From: Zymomonas mobilis subsp. mobilis ATCC 10988
GTDB lineage: Bacteria > Pseudomonadota > Alphaproteobacteria > Sphingomonadales > Sphingomonadaceae
NCBI RefSeq assembly: GCF_000175255.2
Contig: NC_017262.1
Coordinates: 1,080,001-1,112,000 of the forward strand
DNA length: 32,000 bases
Direction of reading: 5' to 3'
The notes under the pieces are model-generated. The model did not search any database. It saw only the letters and a list, made by a program, of their open reading frames with translations, and was not told the origin of the DNA. The position numbers were made by a program, and so were the translations under genes. Below are positions 1 to 8,981 of this stretch, piece after piece (positions within the stretch are counted from its first letter, which is position 1; each line of letters begins with the position of its first letter).

Positions 1-350
1 CGACCATCTTTCTTTAAGGCTTTAGCTGTCTCATCAACAATATTGATAAGAGGGACAGCTGATATCTCAGCGACGGCATCAGCGACGAGATGCATCGTGT
101 TAGTGCAAATGAGGACACAATCGGCTCCAGCCTTTGCTAAGCCTGCCCCAGCGGCACCGAGAAGCTTGGCAGCGTCATCCCAGCGGTCAGCCTTTTGAAG
201 CGCAACAACCTCTGCAAAGTTCAAAGAATGCATAAGCAGATCTGCTGAGACTAATCCACCGCGTGCATCACGGATAGCTTCATTGATAATCTGGTAATAA
301 GTGACCGTGGATTCCCAACTCATACCGCCAATAAGGCCGATTTTTTTCAT
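1..350 (-). CDS. Aspartate/glutamate racemase family protein, partial (runs off the left edge)
   Basis: Reverse-strand frame from ATG at 350 reads MKKIGLIGGMSWESTVTYYQIINEAIRDARGGLVS..., with ...CVLICTNTMHLVADAV further on. These are typical N-terminal and catalytic Cys motifs of the Asp/Glu racemase family. Confidence 0.85.
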   Translation of the reverse strand, partial: MKKIGLIGGMSWESTVTYYQIINEAIRDARGGLVSADLLMHSLNFAEVVALQKADRWDDAAKLLGAAGAGLAKAGADCVLICTNTMHLVADAVAEISAVPLINIVDETAKALKKDG

Positions 351-506
351 ATGCCAATCTCACGAAACTGATTGTTAATAGCCCTAAGAATGCCATGCCT
401 TTTGTAAAAAAAACGCGCTTTTTTTGAGGAATTTAAGGGTAAAACTGCAAATTATTTTCTTATTATTAGGAATAAATGCAAAAATATTGTTCTTATAGAA
501 GAGTCG

Positions 507-983
507 GTGTATCATTTTTCGATGATCGACTACCGAGACCGGCATATATTATCTTTATTACAAGCTAACGCAGAAATGCCATTGGCCGAGATTGCGGAAC
601 GGGTTGCTCTATCTGTTTCGGCTTGTTCTCGTCGTGTCGCGCGATTGCGTGAGGAAGGCTATATAAAAGGCACTATTGCTCTTTTGGATAGAAAGAAGAT
701 CAATCTTCCGACAACTATTTTCCTTCTTGTCAAAACGGGATTGCACACAGGAAATTATCTTGAGCAATTTCATGCAGCCGTGAGTGCCATTCCTGAAATC
801 GTCGAAGTCCATAGGCTCACTGGAAATTTTGATTATATTTTAAAATTAGCTTTGCCGAATGTCGAATATTATGATGTTATTTATAAACAGATACTAAAAC
901 ATGTCGCCTTCTATGATATGTCTGCCTATATTTCTATGGAGACAGTAAAAATATCACCTGCTTTACCGACAAATTATATTTAA
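507..983 (+). CDS. Lrp/AsnC family transcriptional regulator (true start possibly the internal Met at 522)
   Basis: [49 protein letters not shown] is a classic Lrp N-terminal HTH, followed by a RAM-like domain. It is divergent from the racemase. Confidence 0.9.
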   Translation: MYHFSMIDYRDRHILSLLQANAEMPLAEIAERVALSVSACSRRVARLREEGYIKGTIALLDRKKINLPTTIFLLVKTGLHTGNYLEQFHAAVSAIPEIVEVHRLTGNFDYILKLALPNVEYYDVIYKQILKHVAFYDMSAYISMETVKISPALPTNYI

Positions 984-1336
984 AAAGAATTTTCTTCTAA
1001 AATTTTATTAAATAATTCGTCATCTTGGCTAAGATTTTTTTTACCTATATCAATTTCTTGTAAAAAAGCGATAATTTGATCTATCTTATTTTCTGAAATT
1101 TGGGATTGTTGGCTTTGGTATAGTAAGAAATCAAGAATAGAAGGCATGCCAGCCGCTTGCGCTATAGCTTCAAGATTTTTGACAGACATCACCGAATGAT
1201 GATTCATATCGACGGCGCGTGAAAGCGTTGTCGCGGCCTTTATATTAGCTCTACGTGCTAATTCTGCCCAGCTTACATCCATTTTATCTCGGATGCTGTA
1301 AAGCCATTTGGCAATAATCTCTTTTTGTCTCATCAC
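980..1336 (-). CDS. Small phage-repressor/XRE-like DNA-binding protein (start GTG 1336 or ATG 1333)
   Basis: [41 protein letters not shown]... resembles an HTH repressor N-terminus. Confidence 0.5.
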   Translation of the reverse strand: MMRQKEIIAKWLYSIRDKMDVSWAELARRANIKAATTLSRAVDMNHHSVMSVKNLEAIAQAAGMPSILDFLLYQSQQSQISENKIDQIIAFLQEIDIGKKNLSQDDELFNKILEENSF

Positions 1337-1482
1337 CTTATCTCAGTAATAAGTGAGGCTGAAGGTAATCTTTATATAAATGAGTATATAAACAAAATGT
1401 TAAATTTTATAAAAATGATATTGTTTTGTTGTAATAATATTCAGAATATTAAGGCTATTGGATAGATAACAAGAAATATATT

Positions 1483-1701
1483 ATGAACTATCACTCAAAA
1501 CACTTGGGAAGGCCAAGTGGAAAGCTAACAAAACGCCGTAAAGAAATTCTGGAATATTGGAGACAATATGGCCCTGTCTCTTTAGGAAAATTGGCACGTG
1601 ACTGCCATATTTTTGATAGGTCTACAGCAAGACGGTTTCTAATAACCTTTGAAAAAATGGGTATTTTACAGCCGCCTCGGGCAAATTTTTTAAAAAAATA
1701 G
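1483..1701 (+). CDS. Small winged-helix-like protein (72 aa)
   Basis: GKLTKRRKEILEYWRQYGPVSLGKLARDCHIFDRSTARRFLITFEKMGIL has a helix-turn-helix pattern. Confidence 0.5.
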   Translation: MNYHSKHLGRPSGKLTKRRKEILEYWRQYGPVSLGKLARDCHIFDRSTARRFLITFEKMGILQPPRANFLKK

Positions 1702-1998
1702 AGAAAAAATAAAAAATCTATTTTTATGTTGTAAATTAAAAAATATACAATGATTTATCAGGTTAAATAATTTTTTAAAAAACATTATATTAAAAAATAT
1801 TTTTACTTGTTGTAAAATAATATTTATTAAAATTTATGTAATATTTATTTTAAAATTGGAGATTTATATGGTTGCAAAAGATTTGTTTTTGGAATTTTAG
1901 TCTCTTTTCTCATATATCTGAAATATATTGAGACAATTCAATATTGATAAACCAAACATGTTTGGGCGTTTTTGGTATAATTATTCAATTTATTTTAG

Positions 1999-2022
1999 AA
2001 TATAAATATAAATATAAATATA
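1999..2022. repeat. Short tandem repeat (AATATA)x4 in an AT-rich upstream region
   Basis: Direct reading: aatataaatataaatataaatata. Confidence 0.85.
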
Positions 2023-2085
2023 AATTTAGTTTTAAGTAAAAACTTCCGAAAAAAATGTGACTTCGCTTGAAATGTCGAAGCGTGT

Positions 2086-2130
2086 CTTTCGAAAAGGCAG
2101 CCTATTTCAATATTTCTGCCTTTTTGAAAG
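2086..2130 (+). promoter_or_regulatory. 15-bp stem-loop in the levansucrase 5' leader
   Basis: CTTTCGAAAAGGCAG / CTGCCTTTTTGAAAG complementary with one G-U pair, 15-nt loop, ending about 60 nt upstream of the start codon. Confidence 0.5.
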
Positions 2131-2189
2131 TCGAGAACAAGAATTAATCTTTTTTCGGCTTTATTTCATCATTTATTAGGATAGTTCTT

Positions 2190-3461
2190 ATGTTGAATAA
2201 AGCAGGCATTGCAGAGCCGAGCTTGTGGACTCGTGCGGATGCTATGAAAGTGCATACCGATGATCCCACGGCAACCATGCCTACCATTGATTATGACTTT
2301 CCTGTCATGACTGATAAATATTGGGTTTGGGACACTTGGCCCTTACGCGATATTAACGGTCAGGTTGTCAGCTTCCAAGGTTGGTCGGTGATCTTTGCTT
2401 TGGTCGCTGATCGCACCAAATATGGTTGGCATAATCGCAATGATGGCGCCAGAATTGGTTATTTCTATTCACGTGGTGGAAGCAACTGGATTTTTGGTGG
2501 TCATCTTCTGAAAGATGGTGCCAATCCGCGTTCTTGGGAATGGTCTGGTTGCACGATTATGGCACCGGGTACGGCCAATTCTGTCGAAGTATTCTTTACG
2601 TCTGTCAATGATACGCCGTCAGAATCCGTTCCTGCCCAGTGCAAGGGCTACATCTATGCCGATGATAAATCGGTATGGTTTGACGGTTTTGATAAAGTGA
2701 CCGATCTGTTTCAGGCAGATGGCCTTTATTATGCTGATTATGCAGAAAATAATTTCTGGGATTTCCGCGATCCGCATGTCTTCATTAACCCCGAAGATGG
2801 CAAAACATATGCCTTGTTTGAAGGTAATGTTGCCATGGAGCGCGGTACGGTCGCTGTTGGCGAAGAGGAAATTGGCCCTGTTCCACCAAAAACCGAAACG
2901 CCTGATGGCGCTCGCTATTGTGCTGCTGCCATTGGTATTGCACAGGCCCTTAATGAAGCCCGCACCGAATGGAAATTGTTACCGCCTTTGGTAACCGCCT
3001 TTGGTGTCAATGACCAGACGGAGCGGCCTCATGTCGTTTTCCAGAATGGCTTGACCTATCTCTTTACGATCAGTCATCATTCGACTTATGCCGATGGTTT
3101 GTCGGGTCCTGATGGGGTTTATGGCTTTGTTTCTGAAAACGGCATTTTTGGCCCTTATGAACCGCTGAATGGTTCCGGTTTGGTTCTCGGTAACCCCTCT
3201 TCACAGCCTTATCAGGCTTATTCCCATTATGTGATGACAAATGGGCTGGTGACCTCCTTCATTGATACCATTCCGAGTTCTGACCCGAATGTCTATCGTT
3301 ATGGTGGCACCTTGGCACCGACCATCAAATTGGAATTGGTTGGCCATCGCAGCTTCGTTACCGAAGTGAAGGGTTATGGCTATATTCCGCCACAGATCGA
3401 GTGGTTGGCAGAAGATGAATCTTCTAATTCTGCGGCAGCCCTGTCTTTATTGAATAAATAA
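2190..3461 (+). CDS. sacB: Levansucrase, GH68
   Basis: GH68 motifs WDTWPLRD (nucleophile region), FRDPHVF and NDQTERPHVVF. Matches the known Zymomonas levansucrase (LevU/SacB) as I recall it. Confidence 0.95.
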   Translation: MLNKAGIAEPSLWTRADAMKVHTDDPTATMPTIDYDFPVMTDKYWVWDTWPLRDINGQVVSFQGWSVIFALVADRTKYGWHNRNDGARIGYFYSRGGSNWIFGGHLLKDGANPRSWEWSGCTIMAPGTANSVEVFFTSVNDTPSESVPAQCKGYIYADDKSVWFDGFDKVTDLFQADGLYYADYAENNFWDFRDPHVFINPEDGKTYALFEGNVAMERGTVAVGEEEIGPVPPKTETPDGARYCAAAIGIAQALNEARTEWKLLPPLVTAFGVNDQTERPHVVFQNGLTYLFTISHHSTYADGLSGPDGVYGFVSENGIFGPYEPLNGSGLVLGNPSSQPYQAYSHYVMTNGLVTSFIDTIPSSDPNVYRYGGTLAPTIKLELVGHRSFVTEVKGYGYIPPQIEWLAEDESSNSAAALSLLNK

Positions 3462-3487
3462 GATTTATTCATTGTAAATGACGTTTC

Positions 3488-3520
3488 TGATTATGCTTGA
3501 ATAAAGCATTATCATCTTTT
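3488..3520 (+). terminator. Candidate intrinsic terminator/attenuator after levansucrase
   Basis: TGAT-t-ATGCTT gaata AAGCAT-t-ATCA hairpin followed by TCTTTT. Confidence 0.45.
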
Positions 3521-3536
3521 GAGTTTATTTCAACTT

Positions 3537-3573
3537 AAGGGTCATCAGGGCATTTTGCCCTGATGACACCCTT
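3537..3573 (+). promoter_or_regulatory. Very stable intergenic hairpin between the two GH68 genes
   Basis: AAGGG-TCATCAGGGCA ttt TGCCCTGATGA-(ca)-CCCTT: 11 bp plus 5 bp with a 2-nt bulge and no downstream T-tract. Confidence 0.6.
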
Positions 3574-3616
3574 CCTATTCCTAATAATAATTTCAAGAAA
3601 GTGTATATTACTTTAA

Positions 3617-4858
3617 ATGTTTAATTTTAATGCCAGTCGCTGGACGCGAGCCCAAGCGATGAAAGTGAATAAATTTGATTTGACGACCTCTATGCCGGAA
3701 ATCGGCACTGATTTTCCCATTATGCGTGATGACTTGTGGCTGTGGGATACTTGGCCATTACGGGATATCAATGGCAATCCTGTCAGCTTTAAAGGCTGGA
3801 ATGTTATTTTCTCTTTGGTCGCTGACCGCAATATTCCGTGGAATGATCGCCATTCTCATGCCCGCATCGGCTATTTCTATTCCAAAGATGGTAAAAGCTG
3901 GGTTTATGGTGGCCATCTATTGCAAGAATCGGCCAATACCCGCACGGCAGAATGGTCCGGCGGCACGATTATGGCACCGGGTTCCCGTAATCAGGTCGAA
4001 ACCTTCTTTACCTCGACTTTATTCGACAAGAATGGCGTCAGAGAAGCCGTTGCTGCTGTCACGAAAGGCCGCATTTATGCGGATAGTGAAGGCGTTTGGT
4101 TCAAGGGTTTTGACCAGTCAACGGATTTGTTTCAGGCTGATGGTCTGTTTTATCAAAATTATGCAGAAAATAATCTCTGGAATTTCCGTGATCCTCATGT
4201 TTTCATCAATCCTGAGGATGGTGAGACCTATGCTTTGTTCGAAGCCAATGTTGCCACTGTCCGTGGAGAAGACGATATAGGCGAGGATGAAATTGGTCCT
4301 GTTCCGGCCAATACGGTCGTTCCAAAAGATGCCAATTTATGCTCGGCCTCTATTGGTATTGCGCGTTGTTTGTCGCCGGATCGCACCGAATGGGAGCTGT
4401 TACCGCCTTTGTTGACAGCCTTTGGTGTCAATGACCAGATGGAACGGCCTCATGTCATTTTCCAGAATGGTTTGACCTATCTCTTTACGATCAGCCATGA
4501 TTCGACTTATGCCGATGGCTTAACCGGTTCCGATGGTCTTTATGGCTTTGTTTCCGAAAATGGTATTTTTGGCCCCTATGAGCCGCTGAATGGTTCTGGC
4601 CTTGTTCTCGGTGGCCCCGCGTCACAGCCGACCGAAGCCTATGCTCATTACATCATGAATAATGGCTTGGTTGAATCTTTTATCAATGAAATCATTGATC
4701 CCAAAAGCGGCAAAGTCATTGCGGGCGGTAGCTTGGCACCGACGGTTCGCGTTGAATTACAGGGACATGAGACTTTCGCAACCGAAGTCTTTGATTATGG
4801 CTATATTCCCGCATCTTATGCTTGGCCGGTATGGCCTTTCCCTGATCGTCGCAAATAA
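3617..4858 (+). CDS. sacC: Extracellular sucrase/invertase, GH68 (paralog of the upstream levansucrase)
   Basis: WDTWPLRD, FRDPHVF and NDQMERPHVIF motifs. Strong similarity to the upstream gene over its full length. Confidence 0.95.
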   Translation: MFNFNASRWTRAQAMKVNKFDLTTSMPEIGTDFPIMRDDLWLWDTWPLRDINGNPVSFKGWNVIFSLVADRNIPWNDRHSHARIGYFYSKDGKSWVYGGHLLQESANTRTAEWSGGTIMAPGSRNQVETFFTSTLFDKNGVREAVAAVTKGRIYADSEGVWFKGFDQSTDLFQADGLFYQNYAENNLWNFRDPHVFINPEDGETYALFEANVATVRGEDDIGEDEIGPVPANTVVPKDANLCSASIGIARCLSPDRTEWELLPPLLTAFGVNDQMERPHVIFQNGLTYLFTISHDSTYADGLTGSDGLYGFVSENGIFGPYEPLNGSGLVLGGPASQPTEAYAHYIMNNGLVESFINEIIDPKSGKVIAGGSLAPTVRVELQGHETFATEVFDYGYIPASYAWPVWPFPDRRK

Positions 4859-4946
4859 TTTTTGACGACAAAAAATTGCGCTGAAATAACGCCAATCATA
4901 CCGGAAGATATAAAACCGGTTGTCCATTTTCAGATGAAGTGGGAGA

Positions 4947-5021
4947 TGGTGGGCGCGGCTGGGATTGAACCAGCGGCCACTGCGATGTGAACACAGTGCT
5001 CTACCACTGAGCTACGCGCCC
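4947..5021 (-). tRNA. tRNA-Val (anticodon CAC), CCA encoded
   Basis: Reverse complement folds as GGGCGCG..CGCGCCC acceptor, CTGTG-TTCACAT-CGCAG anticodon arm, GCTGG-TTCAATC-CCAGC T arm, discriminator A + CCA. Confidence 0.95.
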
Positions 5022-5091
5022 TATATGCTGCGAAGCAGTAAGAAAAACCCGAAGCTTTGTCCAGAGTTTTTTCAAATAGCAGGATAAATTA

Positions 5092-5129
5092 TAAAAATAT
5101 CCCTGCCAGCCGGTTTGACTAGCAGGGAT
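5092..5129 (-). terminator. Rho-independent terminator of lon
   Basis: Minus strand ATCCCTGCTAG tcaaaccgg CTGGCAGGGAT followed by ATTTTTA. Confidence 0.75.
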
Positions 5130-5148
5130 ACGGGGTAAGTGTTTTTTA

Positions 5149-7578
5149 TCAATGATGCACAGGGCTGACACCATCTGACGCATGATGGTTCAAAGCCGTC
5201 GGCGGGAAAGCGGCCAGATCATCGGCTTCGCTCCAGTCGATAGGATCAAGCTTTTCAGTCAAAGCGAGTACCAGAACCTCATCAACATGCGATACCGGAA
5301 TAATCTTGAGACCCTTTTTAATGTTTTCCGGTAATTCAATCAGGTCTTTCTGATTTTCTTCCGGAATCAACACCGTTTTGATCCCGCCTCTTAGGGCGGC
5401 AAGAAGTTTCTCTTTCAATCCACCAATCGGCAGGACGCGACCTCTTAAGGTGACTTCACCGGTCATAGCGACATCGCGGTGCACTGGGACACCTGTCAGA
5501 ACCGACGTAATCGCTGTCACAATACCGATACCCGCTGAAGGTCCATCTTTTGGAACAGCACCTTCCGGCAAATGGATATGGACATCTTTCCGAGTAAAGA
5601 TACTGGGTTTAATGCCATAGAAGGGTGCACGTGATTTGACGAAGGACAACGCCGCTTGAATGGACTCCTTCATCACATCGCCAAGTTTACCCGTCGTGCG
5701 GATATTGCCTCTACCTGGGACAGTGACACTTTCGATCGTCAGCAATTCTCCCCCGACCTCTGTCCATGCCAGACCCGTGACGACACCGACCTGATCTTCT
5801 TTTTCGGAAATACCAAATTTATACCGCCGGACGCCCGAAAAATCGCTCAGATTTTTAGCCGTGATCGTGATCGTTTTGGCTTTCTTTTCAAGAATACGCC
5901 GCAAGGCTTTACGGGCAATTTTAGCCAGTTCACGTTCCAGCGCACGAACACCCGATTCACGGGTATAATAGCGGATAAGATCACGGATAGCGTCTGTCTC
6001 AACCGTAAATTCGCCTTTTTTCAAACCATGGGATTTTATTTGGCGCGGTAAAAGATGGCTGGTCGCAATCTCGATTTTTTCGTCTTCGGTATAACCTTCA
6101 AGACGGATGATTTCCATGCGGTCGATTAGAGGGGCAGGCAAATTCAAAGAATTGGCCGTTGCCACAAACATGACATCCGAAAGATCAATATCGGTTTCAA
6201 GATAATGATCCTGAAATTTATTATTCTGTTCGGGGTCTAAAACCTCAAGCAAGGCGGATGCCGGATCACCACGGGAATCCTGTCCCAATTTGTCAATTTC
6301 ATCGAGCAGAAAGAGCGGATTAAAGCTTTCTGCTTTTTTGATATTGGTGACGATTTTACCCGGAAGCGAGCCAATATAAGTCCGACGATGGCCGCGTATT
6401 TCGGCCTCATCACGAACGCCGCCAAGCGATTGTCTGACAAAGTTACGACCCGTGGCCTTGGCGATAGAGCGTGCCAAGGAGGTTTTACCCACACCCGGAG
6501 GCCCAACGAGGCAAAGGATAGGCCCTTTCAACTTGTTCGTACGAGCCTGAACCGCGATATATTCGACAATTCGTTCTTTAACCTTATCAAGGCCGAAATG
6601 TTCTTCACCAAGAATTTTTTCAGCGGCGATGATATCCTTTTTAACCCGTGTTTTCTTGCCCCATGGCATATTCAACAAGGTTTCAAGATAAGAACGCACC
6701 ACCGTTGCTTCGGCAGACATAGCGCCCATCGTCCGCAATTTTTTTAATTCCGAAGTGGCCTTGGCCTTCACCTCTTTCGGAAGTTTCGGGTTATTCAGCT
6801 TTTGCGTGAATTCAGAGAGTTCGTCGCCGTCCTCTTCTTCTTCGCCATTCCCGCTGCTTTCGCCTGTGGAAAGTTCTCTCTGAATAGCTTTGAGCTGTTC
6901 ATTGAGGTAATATTCCCGCTGGTTTTTTTCCATCTGGCGTTTGACGCGGCTTCTGATCTTGCGTTCAACCTGTAAAACGCCAAGTTCGCCTTCCATCAGG
7001 CCAAACGTCATTTCCAGTCTTTTAAAGGGGTTCAGCTCTTCAAGAAGCGGCTGTTTGTCGGCTACTTTGACAGCCAAATTAACAGCGATCGCATCAGCCA
7101 GTCGAGATGGGGCATCAATCTCTTTGATTTCATGGGCAATATCGCCCGGTAATTTGCGATTGAGTTTAGCGTAATGTTCGAACTGATCCTTGACCGAGCG
7201 CATCAGAGCCTCGACCTCGTCATTTTCGACGGAGGTATCCTCAAGGGGTTCTACTTCGGCGATGAGATGGCCACTGGAATCGTCCATGTCGCTTATTTTG
7301 GCGCGTTTCCGGCCTTCTACCAACACCCGCACGGTGCCGTCGGGTAATTTAAGAAGTTGTAACACATTCGCGACCACGCCAATGTCATAAAGCGCTTCAC
7401 GATTAGGGTCTTCTTCAGCCGGGTCGCGTTGGGAAACGAGAAAAATAGTCTTCTCTGCTGCCATCACGCTTTCAAGCGCTGCTACCGATTTTTCACGACC
7501 GACAAAAAGCGGCGCGATCATATGAGGAAATACGACGATGTCGCGCAGCGGTAAAACGGGAAGGGTTTCTTTCATCAC
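5149..7578 (-). CDS. lon: ATP-dependent endopeptidase La (Lon)
   Basis: LPLRDIVVFPHMIAPLFVGR N-terminus, Walker A GPPGVGKTSLARSIAKA, catalytic PKDGPSAGI and C-terminal GLKEKLLAA. Confidence 0.98.
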   Translation of the reverse strand: MMKETLPVLPLRDIVVFPHMIAPLFVGREKSVAALESVMAAEKTIFLVSQRDPAEEDPNREALYDIGVVANVLQLLKLPDGTVRVLVEGRKRAKISDMDDSSGHLIAEVEPLEDTSVENDEVEALMRSVKDQFEHYAKLNRKLPGDIAHEIKEIDAPSRLADAIAVNLAVKVADKQPLLEELNPFKRLEMTFGLMEGELGVLQVERKIRSRVKRQMEKNQREYYLNEQLKAIQRELSTGESSGNGEEEEDGDELSEFTQKLNNPKLPKEVKAKATSELKKLRTMGAMSAEATVVRSYLETLLNMPWGKKTRVKKDIIAAEKILGEEHFGLDKVKERIVEYIAVQARTNKLKGPILCLVGPPGVGKTSLARSIAKATGRNFVRQSLGGVRDEAEIRGHRRTYIGSLPGKIVTNIKKAESFNPLFLLDEIDKLGQDSRGDPASALLEVLDPEQNNKFQDHYLETDIDLSDVMFVATANSLNLPAPLIDRMEIIRLEGYTEDEKIEIATSHLLPRQIKSHGLKKGEFTVETDAIRDLIRYYTRESGVRALERELAKIARKALRRILEKKAKTITITAKNLSDFSGVRRYKFGISEKEDQVGVVTGLAWTEVGGELLTIESVTVPGRGNIRTTGKLGDVMKESIQAALSFVKSRAPFYGIKPSIFTRKDVHIHLPEGAVPKDGPSAGIGIVTAITSVLTGVPVHRDVAMTGEVTLRGRVLPIGGLKEKLLAALRGGIKTVLIPEENQKDLIELPENIKKGLKIIPVSHVDEVLVLALTEKLDPIDWSEADDLAAFPPTALNHHASDGVSPVHH

Positions 7579-7761
7579 AACTCCACTGGGGCGGCAAAAT
7601 GCTCACACCTTTTCATAGATATGGTGTCGATCTTTCTGGGTTCAATCACGGGGGTCTATCAGGAAAATAACTTATTTGGGAAAAGAATTTAAAATAACAT
7701 AGAATAAAACTTTGTGCATGAGTAACAATAAAAATTTCTACTGATGATAGAAATATCGTGA

Positions 7762-8391
7762 TTGGATAAGATGAAACAATCTTTGTGCCAACAGAATATT
7801 GAACAGAAGCTGGATCAATGGGCCGCCGGAAATCACTTGATACAACAAGGGCTGCATCAATTTGGTTATCCACTTTATCAAGCCGTCGAAAGAGGCGTTT
7901 CCAGTCTGGCTCGGGTGATTGTCGGGCAACAGCTTCATACCAAAGTCGCGGATGGGATATGGCAAAAACTAGTCTGTTCTATCGGAGACATTACGGCTGA
8001 TCGTCTTTTGTCTGTTGACGCGGCGATTTTGCGGCAATGTGGATTGTCACCGTCTAAGATTGCTTATTTGAAAGATTTGGCGATGCGCTCTGTCTCGGGG
8101 TTGGATTTGTTCGCTTTGCCCGAAGGAGATGATGATGCGGTCGATCTTTTGATGTCCGTGCATGGGATTGGTCGTTGGACGGCTGAAAATTATCTGATCT
8201 TTGCCGAAGGGCGTTTGGATATTTGGCCTGCGGCTGATTTAGGGATAAGAATTGCCACCGGATATCTTTATCAATTATCCTATCGGCCTGATATGAAAGA
8301 AACCCGTGGGCTTGGGGATATATTCCGTCCTTATAGAAGTATAATGGCTTTGTTTTTATGGCATCAATATCGAAATAAAAATTTCTGCTGA
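7762..8391 (+). CDS. DNA-3-methyladenine glycosylase II-like (HhH-GPD) protein
   Basis: ARVIVGQQLHTKVADGIWQKL and LMSVHGIGRWTAENYLIFAEGRLDIWPAADLGIR match the AlkA-type HhH-GPD motif with catalytic Asp. Confidence 0.88.
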   Translation: MDKMKQSLCQQNIEQKLDQWAAGNHLIQQGLHQFGYPLYQAVERGVSSLARVIVGQQLHTKVADGIWQKLVCSIGDITADRLLSVDAAILRQCGLSPSKIAYLKDLAMRSVSGLDLFALPEGDDDAVDLLMSVHGIGRWTAENYLIFAEGRLDIWPAADLGIRIATGYLYQLSYRPDMKETRGLGDIFRPYRSIMALFLWHQYRNKNFC

Positions 8392-8474
8392 TTTTATTTT
8401 AACTTCAATTTTTTCTAATCTCTTTATTTCTGCCCACTCTTTGTTGTTGTAAATTCTGTTTTAATAGAATTTGC

Positions 8475-8981
8475 ATGACTGCTTCTTCTACTTTTAAAAT
8501 TGAATATATCATACAGGCGCGCAACCTTGCCAAATTAGGGGCAACCAATCGCGATATTGCCGATTTTTTTGGTGTGAGCGAACGCACGATCAATCGTTGG
8601 GTTTTAAAATATCCCGATTTTGCCAATGCTGTCAGAATTGGGAAAGCGGCGGCGGACAATCGGGTTGAGGCTTCGCTCTATCAAAGAGCCGTAGGCTATA
8701 GTTACGATTGCCAAAAAGTGCTGATGGTTTCCGGTAAGCCTGAAGTCGTGGAATTTGTCGAGCATCTTCCGCCCGATATTACAGCCTGTAGTTTTTGGTT
8801 ACGGAACCGCCGTCCTAAACAATGGCGGGAAAAACAAACGGCAGAAATAACCGGCCAGAATGGTGCGCCTATTTTGGCGCGTATAGAACGCGTCATTGTC
8901 GGCGAAGGGCATAGCGGATCTGATCGGCCTATATCCTCTTCGGAATGGGATAACGATCCTGTTGATATGGGAAAGATGTGA
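8475..8981 (+). CDS. Phage terminase small subunit-like protein
   Basis: KLGATNRDIADFFGVSERTINRWVLKYPDFANAV HTH, followed by WLRNRRPKQWREK. Overlaps the large terminase start. Confidence 0.8.
   Translation: MTASSTFKIEYIIQARNLAKLGATNRDIADFFGVSERTINRWVLKYPDFANAVRIGKAAADNRVEASLYQRAVGYSYDCQKVLMVSGKPEVVEFVEHLPPDITACSFWLRNRRPKQWREKQTAEITGQNGAPILARIERVIVGEGHSGSDRPISSSEWDNDPVDMGKM

Noticed and set aside
3726-4280. 184-aa ORF in an alternate frame inside sacC
   Set aside because: Entirely inside the strongly supported GH68 gene; the protein has no recognisable features.
4947-5021. tRNA-Val as the phage attachment site
   Set aside because: It is 3.4 kb from the phage block with intact lon in between, and I saw no duplicate of its 3' end near 8.4 kb or 24.9 kb. 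A systematic repeat search was not possible.
5656-6747. Plus-strand ORFs (131 and 119 aa) antisense to lon
   Set aside because: Out-of-frame shadows of the highly conserved lon coding sequence.
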